A stretch of 64,000 nt of DNA from an uncultured virus (IMG/VR IMGVR_UViG_3300009507_000015). Lineage: Duplodnaviria; Heunggongvirae; Uroviricota; Caudoviricetes. Positions 1 to 8,241 of this stretch are shown here, in pieces. The stretch is from the IMG/VR virus record IMGVR_UViG_3300009507_000015; one strand, 5' to 3'. Numbering within the stretch: the first letter of the stretch is position 1; each line of letters opens with the position of its first letter. The translations under genes and the position numbers were made by a program. Below the pieces are notes generated by a model. It was not told the origin of the DNA, did not search any database, and was given only the letters and a program-made list of their open reading frames with translations.

Positions 1-1
1 A

Positions 2-2152
2 CAAGGTGCTGTAGGTAATCAAGGTGCAATAGGTGAAATAGGTAAACAAGGAGCAATAGGTAAACAAGGAGCAACCGGTGCAATAGGTAATCAAGGTGCT
101 ATAGGTGAACAAGGTGAAATTGGTAATCAAGGAGCAACTGGTGCAATAGGTAATCAAGGTGCTGTAGGTAACCAAGGAGCAATTGGAGATATTGGTAAAC
201 AGGGTGCAATAGGTAAACAAGGAGCAACCGGTGCAATAGGTAATCAAGGTGCTGTAGGTAACCAAGGAGCAGCTGGTGAACAAGGTAGAGTTGGTAATCA
301 AGGAGCTGCAGGTAATCAAGGTGCAATTGGTGAACAAGGAGCAACTGGTGCTGTAGGTAATCAAGGTGCTGCAGGTAACCAAGGAGCAATTGGAGATATT
401 GGTAAACAAGGAGCAATAGGTAAACAAGGAGCAACTGGTGCAATAGGTAATCAAGGTGCTATAGGTGAACAAGGTGAAATTGGTAATCAAGGTGCTGTAG
501 GTAATCAAGGAGCAATAGGTAATCAAGGTGCAATAGGTGAAATAGGTAAACAAGGTGCAATAGGTAAACAAGGAGCAACCGGTGCAATAGGTAATCAAGG
601 TGCTAATGGTAATCAAGGTGCTGTAGGTAACCAAGGAGCAATTGGAGATATTGGTAAACAAGGAGCACAAGGTGCTGTAGGTAATCAAGGTGCAATTGGT
701 GAACAAGGAGCAACTGGTGCTGTAGGTAATCAAGGAGCCGTTGGTAACCAAGGAGCAATTGGAGATATTGGTAAACAAGGAGCACAAGGTGCTGTAGGTA
801 ATCAAGGTGCAATTGGTGAACAAGGTGCTATAGGTGAACAAGGTGAAATTGGTAATCAAGGAGCTGCAGGTAATCAAGGAGCAATAGGTAACCAAGGTGC
901 AATAGGTGAAATAGGTAAACAAGGTGCAATAGGTAAACAAGGAGCAACTGGTGCAATAGGTAACCAAGGTGCTGCAGGTAATCAAGGAGCCGTTGGTAAC
1001 CAAGGAGCAATTGGAGATATTGGTAAACAAGGAGCACAAGGTGCTGTAGGTAATCAAGGAGCAATTGGTGAACAAGGAGCAACCGGTGCAATAGGTAATC
1101 AAGGTGCTGTAGGTAATCAAGGAGCAATTGGAGATATTGGTAAACAAGGAGCACAAGGTGCAATAGGTAAACAAGGAGCAACCGGTGCAATAGGTAATCA
1201 AGGAGCTGCAGGTAACCAAGGAGCAATTGGTCAACAAGGAGCTGCAGGTAATCAAGGAGCTGTAGGTAATCAAGGTGCAGCTGGTGAACAAGGTAGAGTT
1301 GGTGAAGATGGTGCTGTAGGTAATCAAGGAGCAACTGGTGCTGTAGGTAATCAAGGTGCTGTAGGTAACCAAGGAGCAATTGGAGATATTGGTAAACAAG
1401 GAGCACAAGGTGCTGTAGGTAATCAAGGTGCAGCTGGTGAACAAGGTAGAGTTGGTGAAGATGGTGAACAAGGAGCTGTAGGTAACCAAGGAGCAATAGG
1501 TGCTGTAGGTAAACAAGGAGCAATTGGTGAACAAGGAGCCACAGGAGCACAAGGTAAGATTGGTGCTGTAGGTAATCAAGGTGCAATCGGATTCCAAGGA
1601 GCAACAGGAGCAATAGGTAAACAAGGAGCAATTGGTAAACAAGGAGCAACAGGACAAAGAGGTGGCTTAGGAGATGAAGGATTTAGAGGATCAACAGGGG
1701 TTACTGGTAATCAAGGTGTTATTGGAGCCATAGGATCTACAGGTACAACAGGATCTACAGGTACAACGGGTAATGCCGGTGCAGTTGGTAATCAAGGTAG
1801 AGAAGGAGCAATTGGTGAACAAGGAGCTGCAGGTTTACAAGGTGCTGTAGGTAAAACTGGTGCAACGGGTAATGCCGGTGCAGTTGGTAATCAAGGTGCA
1901 CAAGGTAATATTGGTAATCAAGGTAATCAAGGTGCTGTAGGTAATCAAGGAGCAGCTGGTGCAACAGGTGGTGTTGGTAAACAAGGTGCAACAGGTAATC
2001 AAGGTGCAACTGGTACTACAAGCCAATTCCCAGTAACAATTAATAATGCTAATCAGACTACGATTTCACGTGTAAATGTTGATACTAAAGCAAACTGTGT
2101 TACATATACATTAGTTAATGGAAGTTCTTATTCTGTACAAATGTGTGGATAA
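2..2152 (+). CDS. Collagen-like (Gly-X-Y)n protein, 5'-truncated by the window; probable fibre/virion appendage
   Basis: Frame +2 reads QGAVGNQGAIGEIGKQGAI...; the Gly register at nt 5 is the same at nt 1985 and 2012 (about 224 triplets). Short non-collagen C-terminus AQFPVTINN...SVQMCG ends at TAA 2150-2152. Absent from the ORF track because the start lies outside the window. Confidence 0.93.
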   Translation, partial: QGAVGNQGAIGEIGKQGAIGKQGATGAIGNQGAIGEQGEIGNQGATGAIGNQGAVGNQGAIGDIGKQGAIGKQGATGAIGNQGAVGNQGAAGEQGRVGNQGAAGNQGAIGEQGATGAVGNQGAAGNQGAIGDIGKQGAIGKQGATGAIGNQGAIGEQGEIGNQGAVGNQGAIGNQGAIGEIGKQGAIGKQGATGAIGNQGANGNQGAVGNQGAIGDIGKQGAQGAVGNQGAIGEQGATGAVGNQGAVGNQGAIGDIGKQGAQGAVGNQGAIGEQGAIGEQGEIGNQGAAGNQGAIGNQGAIGEIGKQGAIGKQGATGAIGNQGAAGNQGAVGNQGAIGDIGKQGAQGAVGNQGAIGEQGATGAIGNQGAVGNQGAIGDIGKQGAQGAIGKQGATGAIGNQGAAGNQGAIGQQGAAGNQGAVGNQGAAGEQGRVGEDGAVGNQGATGAVGNQGAVGNQGAIGDIGKQGAQGAVGNQGAAGEQGRVGEDGEQGAVGNQGAIGAVGKQGAIGEQGATGAQGKIGAVGNQGAIGFQGATGAIGKQGAIGKQGATGQRGGLGDEGFRGSTGVTGNQGVIGAIGSTGTTGSTGTTGNAGAVGNQGREGAIGEQGAAGLQGAVGKTGATGNAGAVGNQGAQGNIGNQGNQGAVGNQGAAGATGGVGKQGATGNQGATGTTSQFPVTINNANQTTISRVNVDTKANCVTYTLVNGSSYSVQMCG
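5..2020 (+). repeat. 9-nt periodic GGN-NNN-NNN repeat with higher-order internal duplications
   Basis: Blocks such as ggtaaccaaggagcaattggagatattggtaaaca recur many times. Confidence 0.9.
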
Positions 2153-2155
2153 TAT

Positions 2156-2356
2156 ATGAAAGTAATTAGATTTATAATAGCATTAACTAAATACATTATT
2201 TGGGGAGATCAAGTAACAACTGATAAATATAACAATAGAATGGCTATATGTGAACAGTGTACTTCTAAATGCGGTAATAAATGTTGTATATGTGGTTGTT
2301 ATTTAAAGAAAAAAGCTAAATGGTCAACTGAAAGTTGTCCACAAAATAAATGGTAA
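2156..2356 (+). CDS. Small Cys-rich protein (CxxC...CCxCGC...CP..W), probable metal binding
   Basis: Cys pattern in the translation; starts 3 nt after the collagen stop. Confidence 0.7.
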   Translation: MKVIRFIIALTKYIIWGDQVTTDKYNNRMAICEQCTSKCGNKCCICGCYLKKKAKWSTESCPQNKW

Positions 2357-2359
2357 ACT

Positions 2360-2506
2360 ATGGGATGCGGTTGCGGTAAAGCTAAAGAGAAAAACACAGA
2401 GAGGCAAACAACGGTAGCTAGAATAAGAAATACTGTTAAAAAGGTTTGGGAATCAACACAACCAGATCAACCAACTCATGTTATTAAAAGAATAAATAAA
2501 AAATAA
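2360..2506 (+). CDS. 48-aa basic protein starting MGCGCG (not in ORF track)
   Basis: ATG 2360 to TAA 2504-2506 fills the gap between neighbouring genes. Confidence 0.65.
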   Translation: MGCGCGKAKEKNTERQTTVARIRNTVKKVWESTQPDQPTHVIKRINKK

Positions 2507-2512
2507 ATTAAG

Positions 2513-2698
2513 ATGGACTCATTAACATCAAAGCCTTCGTGCATAAAAGATTTAAAAGAATTAGTTAATAATTTAAATGATCGCGATGTTAATATTAAAA
2601 ATCATCTTGCGTGTATTAAGTCAGTCTTAGAAGATAAAAGAATTAAGAATGATGCAACTAAAATAAAGAAGATTAAACAAATCCTTAAAAATGGCTAA
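2513..2698 (+). CDS. Hypothetical protein
   Basis: ORF track; tight packing. Confidence 0.6.
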   Translation: MDSLTSKPSCIKDLKELVNNLNDRDVNIKNHLACIKSVLEDKRIKNDATKIKKIKQILKNG

Positions 2699-3020
2699 CG
2701 GAGAACAGAATGGTTGGAATGAATATTCTAAACTTGTAATTGCAGAATTAGAAAGGCTTAATGACGGTATAACAAATCTTAATGTTGAGATTCAAGATCT
2801 TAAAAGAGAGATAGCTGAACTTAAAGTAAAGGAAGACTTTGCTAAAGAACTTTGGAAATGGAAACAAGCAGTTGATGAGGTTGCTTCACCTAGTCAATTA
2901 AAATCTACAGTTAAAGATGTAGCTGAATTAAAAACCTTTAAAACACAGGCTATAACTATATGGGCTGTAGTTCAATTAATAACAACCGCTATCTTTGCAT
3001 ACTTTAAATTTATTAAATAA
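2691..3020 (+). CDS. Coiled-coil protein with C-terminal transmembrane helix
   Basis: Heptad-like N-part; hydrophobic AITIWAVVQLITTAIFAYF. Confidence 0.65.
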   Translation: MANGEQNGWNEYSKLVIAELERLNDGITNLNVEIQDLKREIAELKVKEDFAKELWKWKQAVDEVASPSQLKSTVKDVAELKTFKTQAITIWAVVQLITTAIFAYFKFIK

Positions 3021-3047
3021 GATATATAAAACAAATAACAAGTAATT

Positions 3048-3491
3048 ATGATAGCAACACTAAATGTTTTTGGAAAAGGCGAATGGTCAACAAAAATAAC
3101 TTCTCTATTAAGCCCAGGGGAATGGATTGATTATGATGAATCAAATTATGATTTAGCCACTGCTTCATTAGAGTGGATTATTGCCGAAGAAGACGGTGAA
3201 AAAAGATCTAAAATAGCATCTACATATTTAAGTGATGTAACATATAAAACTTTATTTAAGGGGTTAGATGATTTAGAAGGTGTAACTGTTGGTGATGGTT
3301 TAGTAGTTGGACCAGGTTCGTTAATTAGACCAAGTACAGTCATTGGAAATCAAGTTTACATTGGTGCTGGTACTATTATTGATATAAACTGTATCATTGA
3401 AGATGATGTAACTATTGGCGATAATGTAACTATTACATCAGGCTCTTTAATAGAAAAAGGATCTACTGTAAAAAGTGGTTCTATAATTTAA
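3048..3491 (+). CDS. Hexapeptide-repeat (left-handed beta-helix) acyltransferase-like protein
   Basis: Repeats VTVGDGLVVGPGSLI / VIGNQVYIGAGTII / VTIGDNVTI. Confidence 0.75.
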   Translation: MIATLNVFGKGEWSTKITSLLSPGEWIDYDESNYDLATASLEWIIAEEDGEKRSKIASTYLSDVTYKTLFKGLDDLEGVTVGDGLVVGPGSLIRPSTVIGNQVYIGAGTIIDINCIIEDDVTIGDNVTITSGSLIEKGSTVKSGSII

Positions 3492-3565
3492 TTCTACTAT
3501 ATCTTTCAATTCTTAACTTTTTTTGTTATATTTTATTTAAATAAATAAACTATAAAAACAACAAT

Positions 3566-3901
3566 ATGATAGACGATTGGTTAAACCAAAACCCGGACGA
3601 TGGCTTTGATCCTAATGATCACGGTATTGAAATGGATGAAATCGCAAAATTACACGCAATGGCAGATATGAAAGAAGATCAGGAAATATGGGCAAGGGAA
3701 CAGGCTAATAAATTTTATAATGATTTTGAAACATTAGACATTAAAGAATCTATATTAGCTGTAACTAGTTTAATTAAAACAAAGGTCTTAAATATTAATC
3801 AAGTAAATACTATGTTAGATAATATGATAGAAGTATTTTCTCAAGATGAGGAATACGAAAAATGTCATACTGTTAATGAAATAAAAAAAGGTTTAAACTA
3901 A
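3566..3901 (+). CDS. Hypothetical protein with C-terminal EEYEKC motif
   Basis: ORF track. Confidence 0.65.
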   Translation: MIDDWLNQNPDDGFDPNDHGIEMDEIAKLHAMADMKEDQEIWAREQANKFYNDFETLDIKESILAVTSLIKTKVLNINQVNTMLDNMIEVFSQDEEYEKCHTVNEIKKGLN

Positions 3902-4182
3902 TGTTATATTTTGAAGCAACAAATATCGAAGAATTAGAAATAGAAGCTCAAAAAAGAGCTCATGAAGTTTCTGTATTTACAACAACTGCAATTATTGAGG
4001 CATTAAATAAAGGTGCAGATAAAGTAGTTGTAGGTATTCTTTCTACATTAAATTTAGATTTGTCAGTAGAAAAATCTGGATATTTAGATGCATTGGAAAC
4101 TAATTTAGTTAGATGTGAAGAAGCCGAAGAATATGAATTATGTAAAGAATCTATTAAATGGATTAATAAACTAAGAGAATAA
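3901..4182 (+). CDS. Hypothetical protein with C-terminal EEYELC motif
   Basis: ORF track; TAATG overlap with upstream gene. Confidence 0.65.
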   Translation: MLYFEATNIEELEIEAQKRAHEVSVFTTTAIIEALNKGADKVVVGILSTLNLDLSVEKSGYLDALETNLVRCEEAEEYELCKESIKWINKLRE

Positions 4183-4240
4183 GACACTTAAATTTTTACC
4201 TTATAATAATATAACTGAAGAAGTTTAAACTTCTTTGATG

Positions 4241-4268
4241 AAATGCTAGCTAACACTAGCATTTTTTG
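4241..4268 (+). terminator. Intrinsic terminator-like hairpin
   Basis: aaatgctag-ctaaca-ctagcattt followed by a T-run. Confidence 0.6.
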
Positions 4269-4345
4269 TTTAATAGCAATAATAATGATATTTCAATAAA
4301 AAAACTCTTCCATTTAAAATAAATACTAAAAATAGTTCTAACTTT

Positions 4346-5602
4346 ATGAAACACCTAATTAGCATTTTAATTGGATTAGTTATGTTAATACCAACTAATC
4401 TGAGTGCTCAAAATGATTCTTTCTTTTCTAATCTATATCAAGATTTTTTAAAATATGGTACGGTATATGGAGCTGGTGATATAAGTAACTCTATTGAGGC
4501 ATCTGAGCCTACATATTTTTTGAGGACTAATCCAGACGGTAGTATATACTCTATTCCTGATGTTGTTGATAATACTCCATTTTATCCATTTGATTATAGA
4601 TACGGTTTTGGTATTAGAAAGTTAGCAAGATTTAATTATGAAAGAAAGCCAAAAAATTATTATGATGGAACTGAAGAACAATTAACATTCGGTGCACCTA
4701 CATCGGCTCTACCAGGTTTGGAGTATCAATTTCATTTTGAAAAGGAAAGATGGCGAGGTGAAGATTTTACTAACTATAGATTCTTTATAAAACATACTGG
4801 TAAATATCATATTGCAAAAGTTCAAGCTAGAGAAGTAGGTAAGATTAACTTAAATTATAATTCAGCTGAAGTTAGAGCTAGGTTACCAATAGGAGAAAAA
4901 TTCAGTATATCTGCTGGAGCTATATTAAGAGGCCACGAAAGAGCTTATGGTTACAATCCTGTAGAAATCTGGTTAAATGAAACAGCAATAGCAACAGACC
5001 AAGATGGTAATGCAATTATAGGCCCAGATGGAAATCCTTTAGAATTTCCAGTTAACCAATGGTATGAGTTAGGTTATCAATATGGTTATCAAGATATTTT
5101 TTATACACAAACAAGTACTGATCCTAATACTGGAGATGAGGTAGTAACAAACGACTGGTGTTGGGTTGATTCAGATGGTGTTGAAATAGCCCATTCAGAT
5201 TTAGATTTTAGAGAAAGAATAATGCCGGGATTAATGAATCGCTTTAATGGTGAGGCATGGGACTTACTAGATCCTTGGATGGAAATTGCCCCTATTGTAG
5301 GTGTTGATTTTTATCACTATGAAAATAGATTCTGGGTACATGCATATGCAAATTATATTTTACCACTACATAAATATGTTGCTGGTGAAGAAGAGTTCAG
5401 TTATTTAAATAGAAACAATTGGGGTAAAGGTGGATTAATATTAGACAATGATTTAGAACAATGGTCAGATTATTCATTTGGTACTTCTTTAGGATTTAAA
5501 GTTAATAGAAATCTTGGCGTATTTGTAGAAGGTGAATATGCAAAGATGTGGGATAGCAAACTATACCAAACTACGTTTGGATTAAATTATACATTTAGAT
5601 AA
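4346..5602 (+). CDS. Secreted, probable outer-membrane beta-barrel protein
   Basis: Signal peptide MKHLISILIGLVMLIPTNLSA; alternating aromatic beta-strands; C-terminal beta-signal-like TTFGLNYTFR. Confidence 0.6.
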   Translation: MKHLISILIGLVMLIPTNLSAQNDSFFSNLYQDFLKYGTVYGAGDISNSIEASEPTYFLRTNPDGSIYSIPDVVDNTPFYPFDYRYGFGIRKLARFNYERKPKNYYDGTEEQLTFGAPTSALPGLEYQFHFEKERWRGEDFTNYRFFIKHTGKYHIAKVQAREVGKINLNYNSAEVRARLPIGEKFSISAGAILRGHERAYGYNPVEIWLNETAIATDQDGNAIIGPDGNPLEFPVNQWYELGYQYGYQDIFYTQTSTDPNTGDEVVTNDWCWVDSDGVEIAHSDLDFRERIMPGLMNRFNGEAWDLLDPWMEIAPIVGVDFYHYENRFWVHAYANYILPLHKYVAGEEEFSYLNRNNWGKGGLILDNDLEQWSDYSFGTSLGFKVNRNLGVFVEGEYAKMWDSKLYQTTFGLNYTFR

Positions 5603-5603
5603 A

Positions 5604-5888
5604 ATGGCAAAGGAATTAAACGAAAATATAGACTTTAAGGTTAGCATAAAAACTCTTTTAGCATTAGGTGCAGCAATGGCAACTGTTATTAGTATGTGGT
5701 TTGTATTACAATCAGATATAGAAGAAGCTAGAAAATTACCTAAGCCTCCTATAGAGCGTATAGAGTATGACTTAAAGGATGAATTAATTAGACAAACTAT
5801 TATGGATACACAGGACGATGTAGAATCTATATTAGAAGAATTAGAAAAAATTGATAAACGTCTTTATGAATTACAAAAACAAAGGTAA
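5604..5888 (+). CDS. Single-TM membrane protein with coiled coil
   Basis: Hydrophobic LLALGAAMATVISMWFVL followed by a charged helix. Confidence 0.65.
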   Translation: MAKELNENIDFKVSIKTLLALGAAMATVISMWFVLQSDIEEARKLPKPPIERIEYDLKDELIRQTIMDTQDDVESILEELEKIDKRLYELQKQR

Positions 5889-5889
5889 T

Positions 5890-6327
5890 ATGAAAAATCT
5901 TTTGATCATAATATGTTTATTAATAAGCACAATTACATTTGCACAAGATCAACGTAACTTTTTAAAATGGGTATCAGATAAAACCTTTGAAGAAAAAGTT
6001 ACTGGTTATGGCGCATATGAAGATCATTCAGACCATGATGTTATTGTTGTAGAATTTTACGCAGATTTTAACAAAGATAATGCATTTAAGGATTGGGCAA
6101 AAATTGATAAGCTGGATGGTGTAAAATATTATAGGTGTGATATAGCTACATCCCCTAAGCTAAAGAAAGAACTTAGAATTAGAATGGCACCAACTATACT
6201 TCTTTATATTAAAGGTGATGCCTATATTAAATTTACTGCAAAGGCAGGTTTAGATTTAGTATGCCCAGTAGATTATGATAAATTAGTAAGAGCCATTAAA
6301 GTAGTACAAGAAGAATCTCAATACTAG
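5890..6327 (+). CDS. Secreted thioredoxin-fold protein lacking CxxC
   Basis: Signal peptide from ATG 5890; VIVVEFYADFN in place of the WCxxC site; IRMAPTILLY cis-Pro loop. Confidence 0.65.
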   Translation: MKNLLIIICLLISTITFAQDQRNFLKWVSDKTFEEKVTGYGAYEDHSDHDVIVVEFYADFNKDNAFKDWAKIDKLDGVKYYRCDIATSPKLKKELRIRMAPTILLYIKGDAYIKFTAKAGLDLVCPVDYDKLVRAIKVVQEESQY

Positions 6328-6331
6328 TCTG

Positions 6332-6357
6332 AAACATCTCTGATTTATTCCATATAA
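6332..6357 (+). promoter_or_regulatory. AAAC-N15-CATATAA promoter (class found at about 11 sites)
   Basis: Recurrent bipartite motif with fixed spacing upstream of ATGs. Confidence 0.6.
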
Positions 6358-6371
6358 TAATAAATCAATCT

Positions 6372-6575
6372 ATGAGTGATTCCGTAAGTAAGTACTATGA
6401 ACAACAAGAAGAGCTGCAAATTTCCAAACGTAGAGCAGCAATCCGAGCAGAACTTTCTGTAATCCGAAAAGAAGTAGGGTTAATCGGAGATCCGAGCCTT
6501 TCAAATCTGGAATGGTTCTTAAGTAACAGAGAAAAGATAGTTAACAATCAAAAGATAATAGATCTTATTGGTTAA
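6372..6575 (+). CDS. Hypothetical protein
   Basis: ORF track; follows a promoter motif. Confidence 0.6.
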   Translation: MSDSVSKYYEQQEELQISKRRAAIRAELSVIRKEVGLIGDPSLSNLEWFLSNREKIVNNQKIIDLIG

Positions 6576-6677
6576 TAGTTAAAGTTATTAACAATTTCTT
6601 AAATAATTCTTGAAATCCTGTAAATTCTCCTGAAAGTATGTAATTATATTAATATAACAATATCAATATAACATACT

Positions 6678-6866
6678 ATGAACAAAATTAAAACACCAAT
6701 TAAAGAACTTATTAAAGAATTTGAATCCGAGTTATGTCATGAGAGTACACGACAAGGATTAAAATATGCAATTGCAATTGCAAAGCGAATGCTAAAAAGA
6801 GAAAAAGAAATAATGTGCTGGTTTGCAGATGAATGGCACGAAATGAAAATAAATAAAAATTTTTAA
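6678..6866 (+). CDS. Hypothetical protein
   Basis: ORF track. Confidence 0.6.
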   Translation: MNKIKTPIKELIKEFESELCHESTRQGLKYAIAIAKRMLKREKEIMCWFADEWHEMKINKNF

Positions 6867-6892
6867 AAAAAACAAGAAAACTTGGTACGAAT

Positions 6893-7129
6893 CCCAATTA
6901 AATTGATTATATTTATAATATAATTAAAAAACTAAAAAAACCATGAATAGTACACAACTAATAATGATCGCAAAAAAACTATATCCAAATAAATCTGTAT
7001 TTGATCTTACTAAAGCTGAGAGAGAAAAGGTTATGGATATTTACTATGACTATAACTAAATTGTTAATAACTTTTTGAAAAAAACAAGAATTTATAGTAC
7101 AAAACCCAATTAAATTGATTATATTTATA
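6893..7129 (+). promoter_or_regulatory. Duplicated promoter element CCCAATTAAATTGATTATATTTATA (6893-6917 and 7105-7129), putative early promoters
   Basis: Identical 25-mers, each preceded by AAAAAACAAGAA-N6-GTAC and followed by an ATG. Confidence 0.7.
6943..7059 (+). CDS. 38-aa hypothetical protein (not in ORF track)
   Basis: MNSTQLIMIAKKLYPNKSVFDLTKAEREKVMDIYYDYN between the two duplicated promoters. Confidence 0.6.
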   Translation: MNSTQLIMIAKKLYPNKSVFDLTKAEREKVMDIYYDYN

Positions 7130-7160
7130 TATTAATAATAAAACAAAAAACGGAACCTAT

Positions 7161-7727
7161 ATGAACACACTACTTTACAAAGACATTCAGAAAAACATTA
7201 ATTCAGCTGACCCGGTACTATCCAATATGAGATTGGTCGTACACCTTGCTAAAAAATACCAAGGAATGGGATTATCACTAGAAGATCTAATCCACGAAGG
7301 TACAATCGGATTATGTAGAGCTAGAGATAAATGGAAAAAAGACGGAGGATCTAAATTCTCTTCATATGCAGCAGCATGGATTAAAGCTACAATCCGACAA
7401 GCTCTAAATAACAAGAGTAGGACAATTCGTGTACCTGCCCATAAAACTCATATCCCTGATGTAGGTCCTAAAGTATCTGAACTGGATCCAACATATCAAG
7501 GTACTTATGAATCTCATATTGAAAAATCCCACGATGAATCTCACCTTAAATACAAGATAGAAAAACTGATGGGAAAACTAAAACCTAAACAACAAGAAAT
7601 TATCAAAATGAAATTTGGTATTGATTGTATTGAAATGAAAACTTCTGAAATTGCAAAAGAACTAGGAATCACTGTTCAATCTGTAAACGGTACTATTCGT
7701 AATTCTCTAAAGATTATGAAAGGTTAA
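7161..7727 (+). CDS. Sigma70-family RNA polymerase sigma factor (regions 2 and 4)
   Basis: NMRLVVHLAKKY, DLIHEGTIGL, KFSSYAAAWIK, SRTIRVP and C-terminal HTH EIAKELGIT. Confidence 0.92.
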   Translation: MNTLLYKDIQKNINSADPVLSNMRLVVHLAKKYQGMGLSLEDLIHEGTIGLCRARDKWKKDGGSKFSSYAAAWIKATIRQALNNKSRTIRVPAHKTHIPDVGPKVSELDPTYQGTYESHIEKSHDESHLKYKIEKLMGKLKPKQQEIIKMKFGIDCIEMKTSEIAKELGITVQSVNGTIRNSLKIMKG

Positions 7728-7728
7728 T

Positions 7729-8238
7729 ATGATAGAGAAAATAAAATTATACGCAAAAACATTACAACCTCTTTTAGAATGGCTTAAAGATAATCCTAAT
7801 GATAAGGATGTTAAGTATACTGTAACAAGACTTCTAAGATTTTATAGTAATACACCTAAAGAATTAGGACTCCCTTATATGTATTCCCGAGCAGCTTTAC
7901 AAAAGGCGCAAAGACTAGAAATTCCTGATGCTGAGGAAAAACTAAAATGGGTTACATGGAGACAGCAAACAAATAAAACAGGTTTAAAAGATTCAGGTCG
8001 AATAGACGGAGTTTTTCATTTAGAACATATTGTACCTATATCTCAAATAGCAAAAAAGCTTTATGATTTAGAGGATACATCTATAAGAAAGATATATGCT
8101 ATACTTGTAAACAACTTTAAGATAGCCTGGATACTTAAAACAGAACAAAAAGTATTAGATGAAGTTAATAGAAGTGGAGAAAGAACTCCTGCTGAATTAA
8201 CTAATCTTAACATTTTTATTAAAGGATATAATTATTAA
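7729..8238 (+). CDS. Hypothetical protein, possible degenerate HNH-like nuclease
   Basis: FHLEHIVP motif only. Confidence 0.5.
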   Translation: MIEKIKLYAKTLQPLLEWLKDNPNDKDVKYTVTRLLRFYSNTPKELGLPYMYSRAALQKAQRLEIPDAEEKLKWVTWRQQTNKTGLKDSGRIDGVFHLEHIVPISQIAKKLYDLEDTSIRKIYAILVNNFKIAWILKTEQKVLDEVNRSGERTPAELTNLNIFIKGYNY

Positions 8239-8241
8239 ACT

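Larger units (their letters stand above)
6581..7074. repeat. 17-bp perfect inverted repeat AAAGTTATTAACAATTT (6581-6597) / AAATTGTTAATAACTTT (7058-7074)
   Basis: Direct reading; both arms are essentially intergenic. Confidence 0.8.

Noticed and set aside
1..2020. Repeat array as a possible CRISPR
   Set aside because: 9-nt coding periodicity with no unique spacers and no cas genes
99..2026. Minus-strand Leu/Gln/His-rich ORFs in the ORF track
   Set aside because: Antisense shadows of the collagen repeat; the real gene is in frame +2
4215..4265. Hammerhead-like words CTGAAGA...GAAA followed by a stem
   Set aside because: Stem II does not close next to GAAA, stem I pairing is poor and the cleavage triplet is unfavourable; a palindrome plus terminator explains it better
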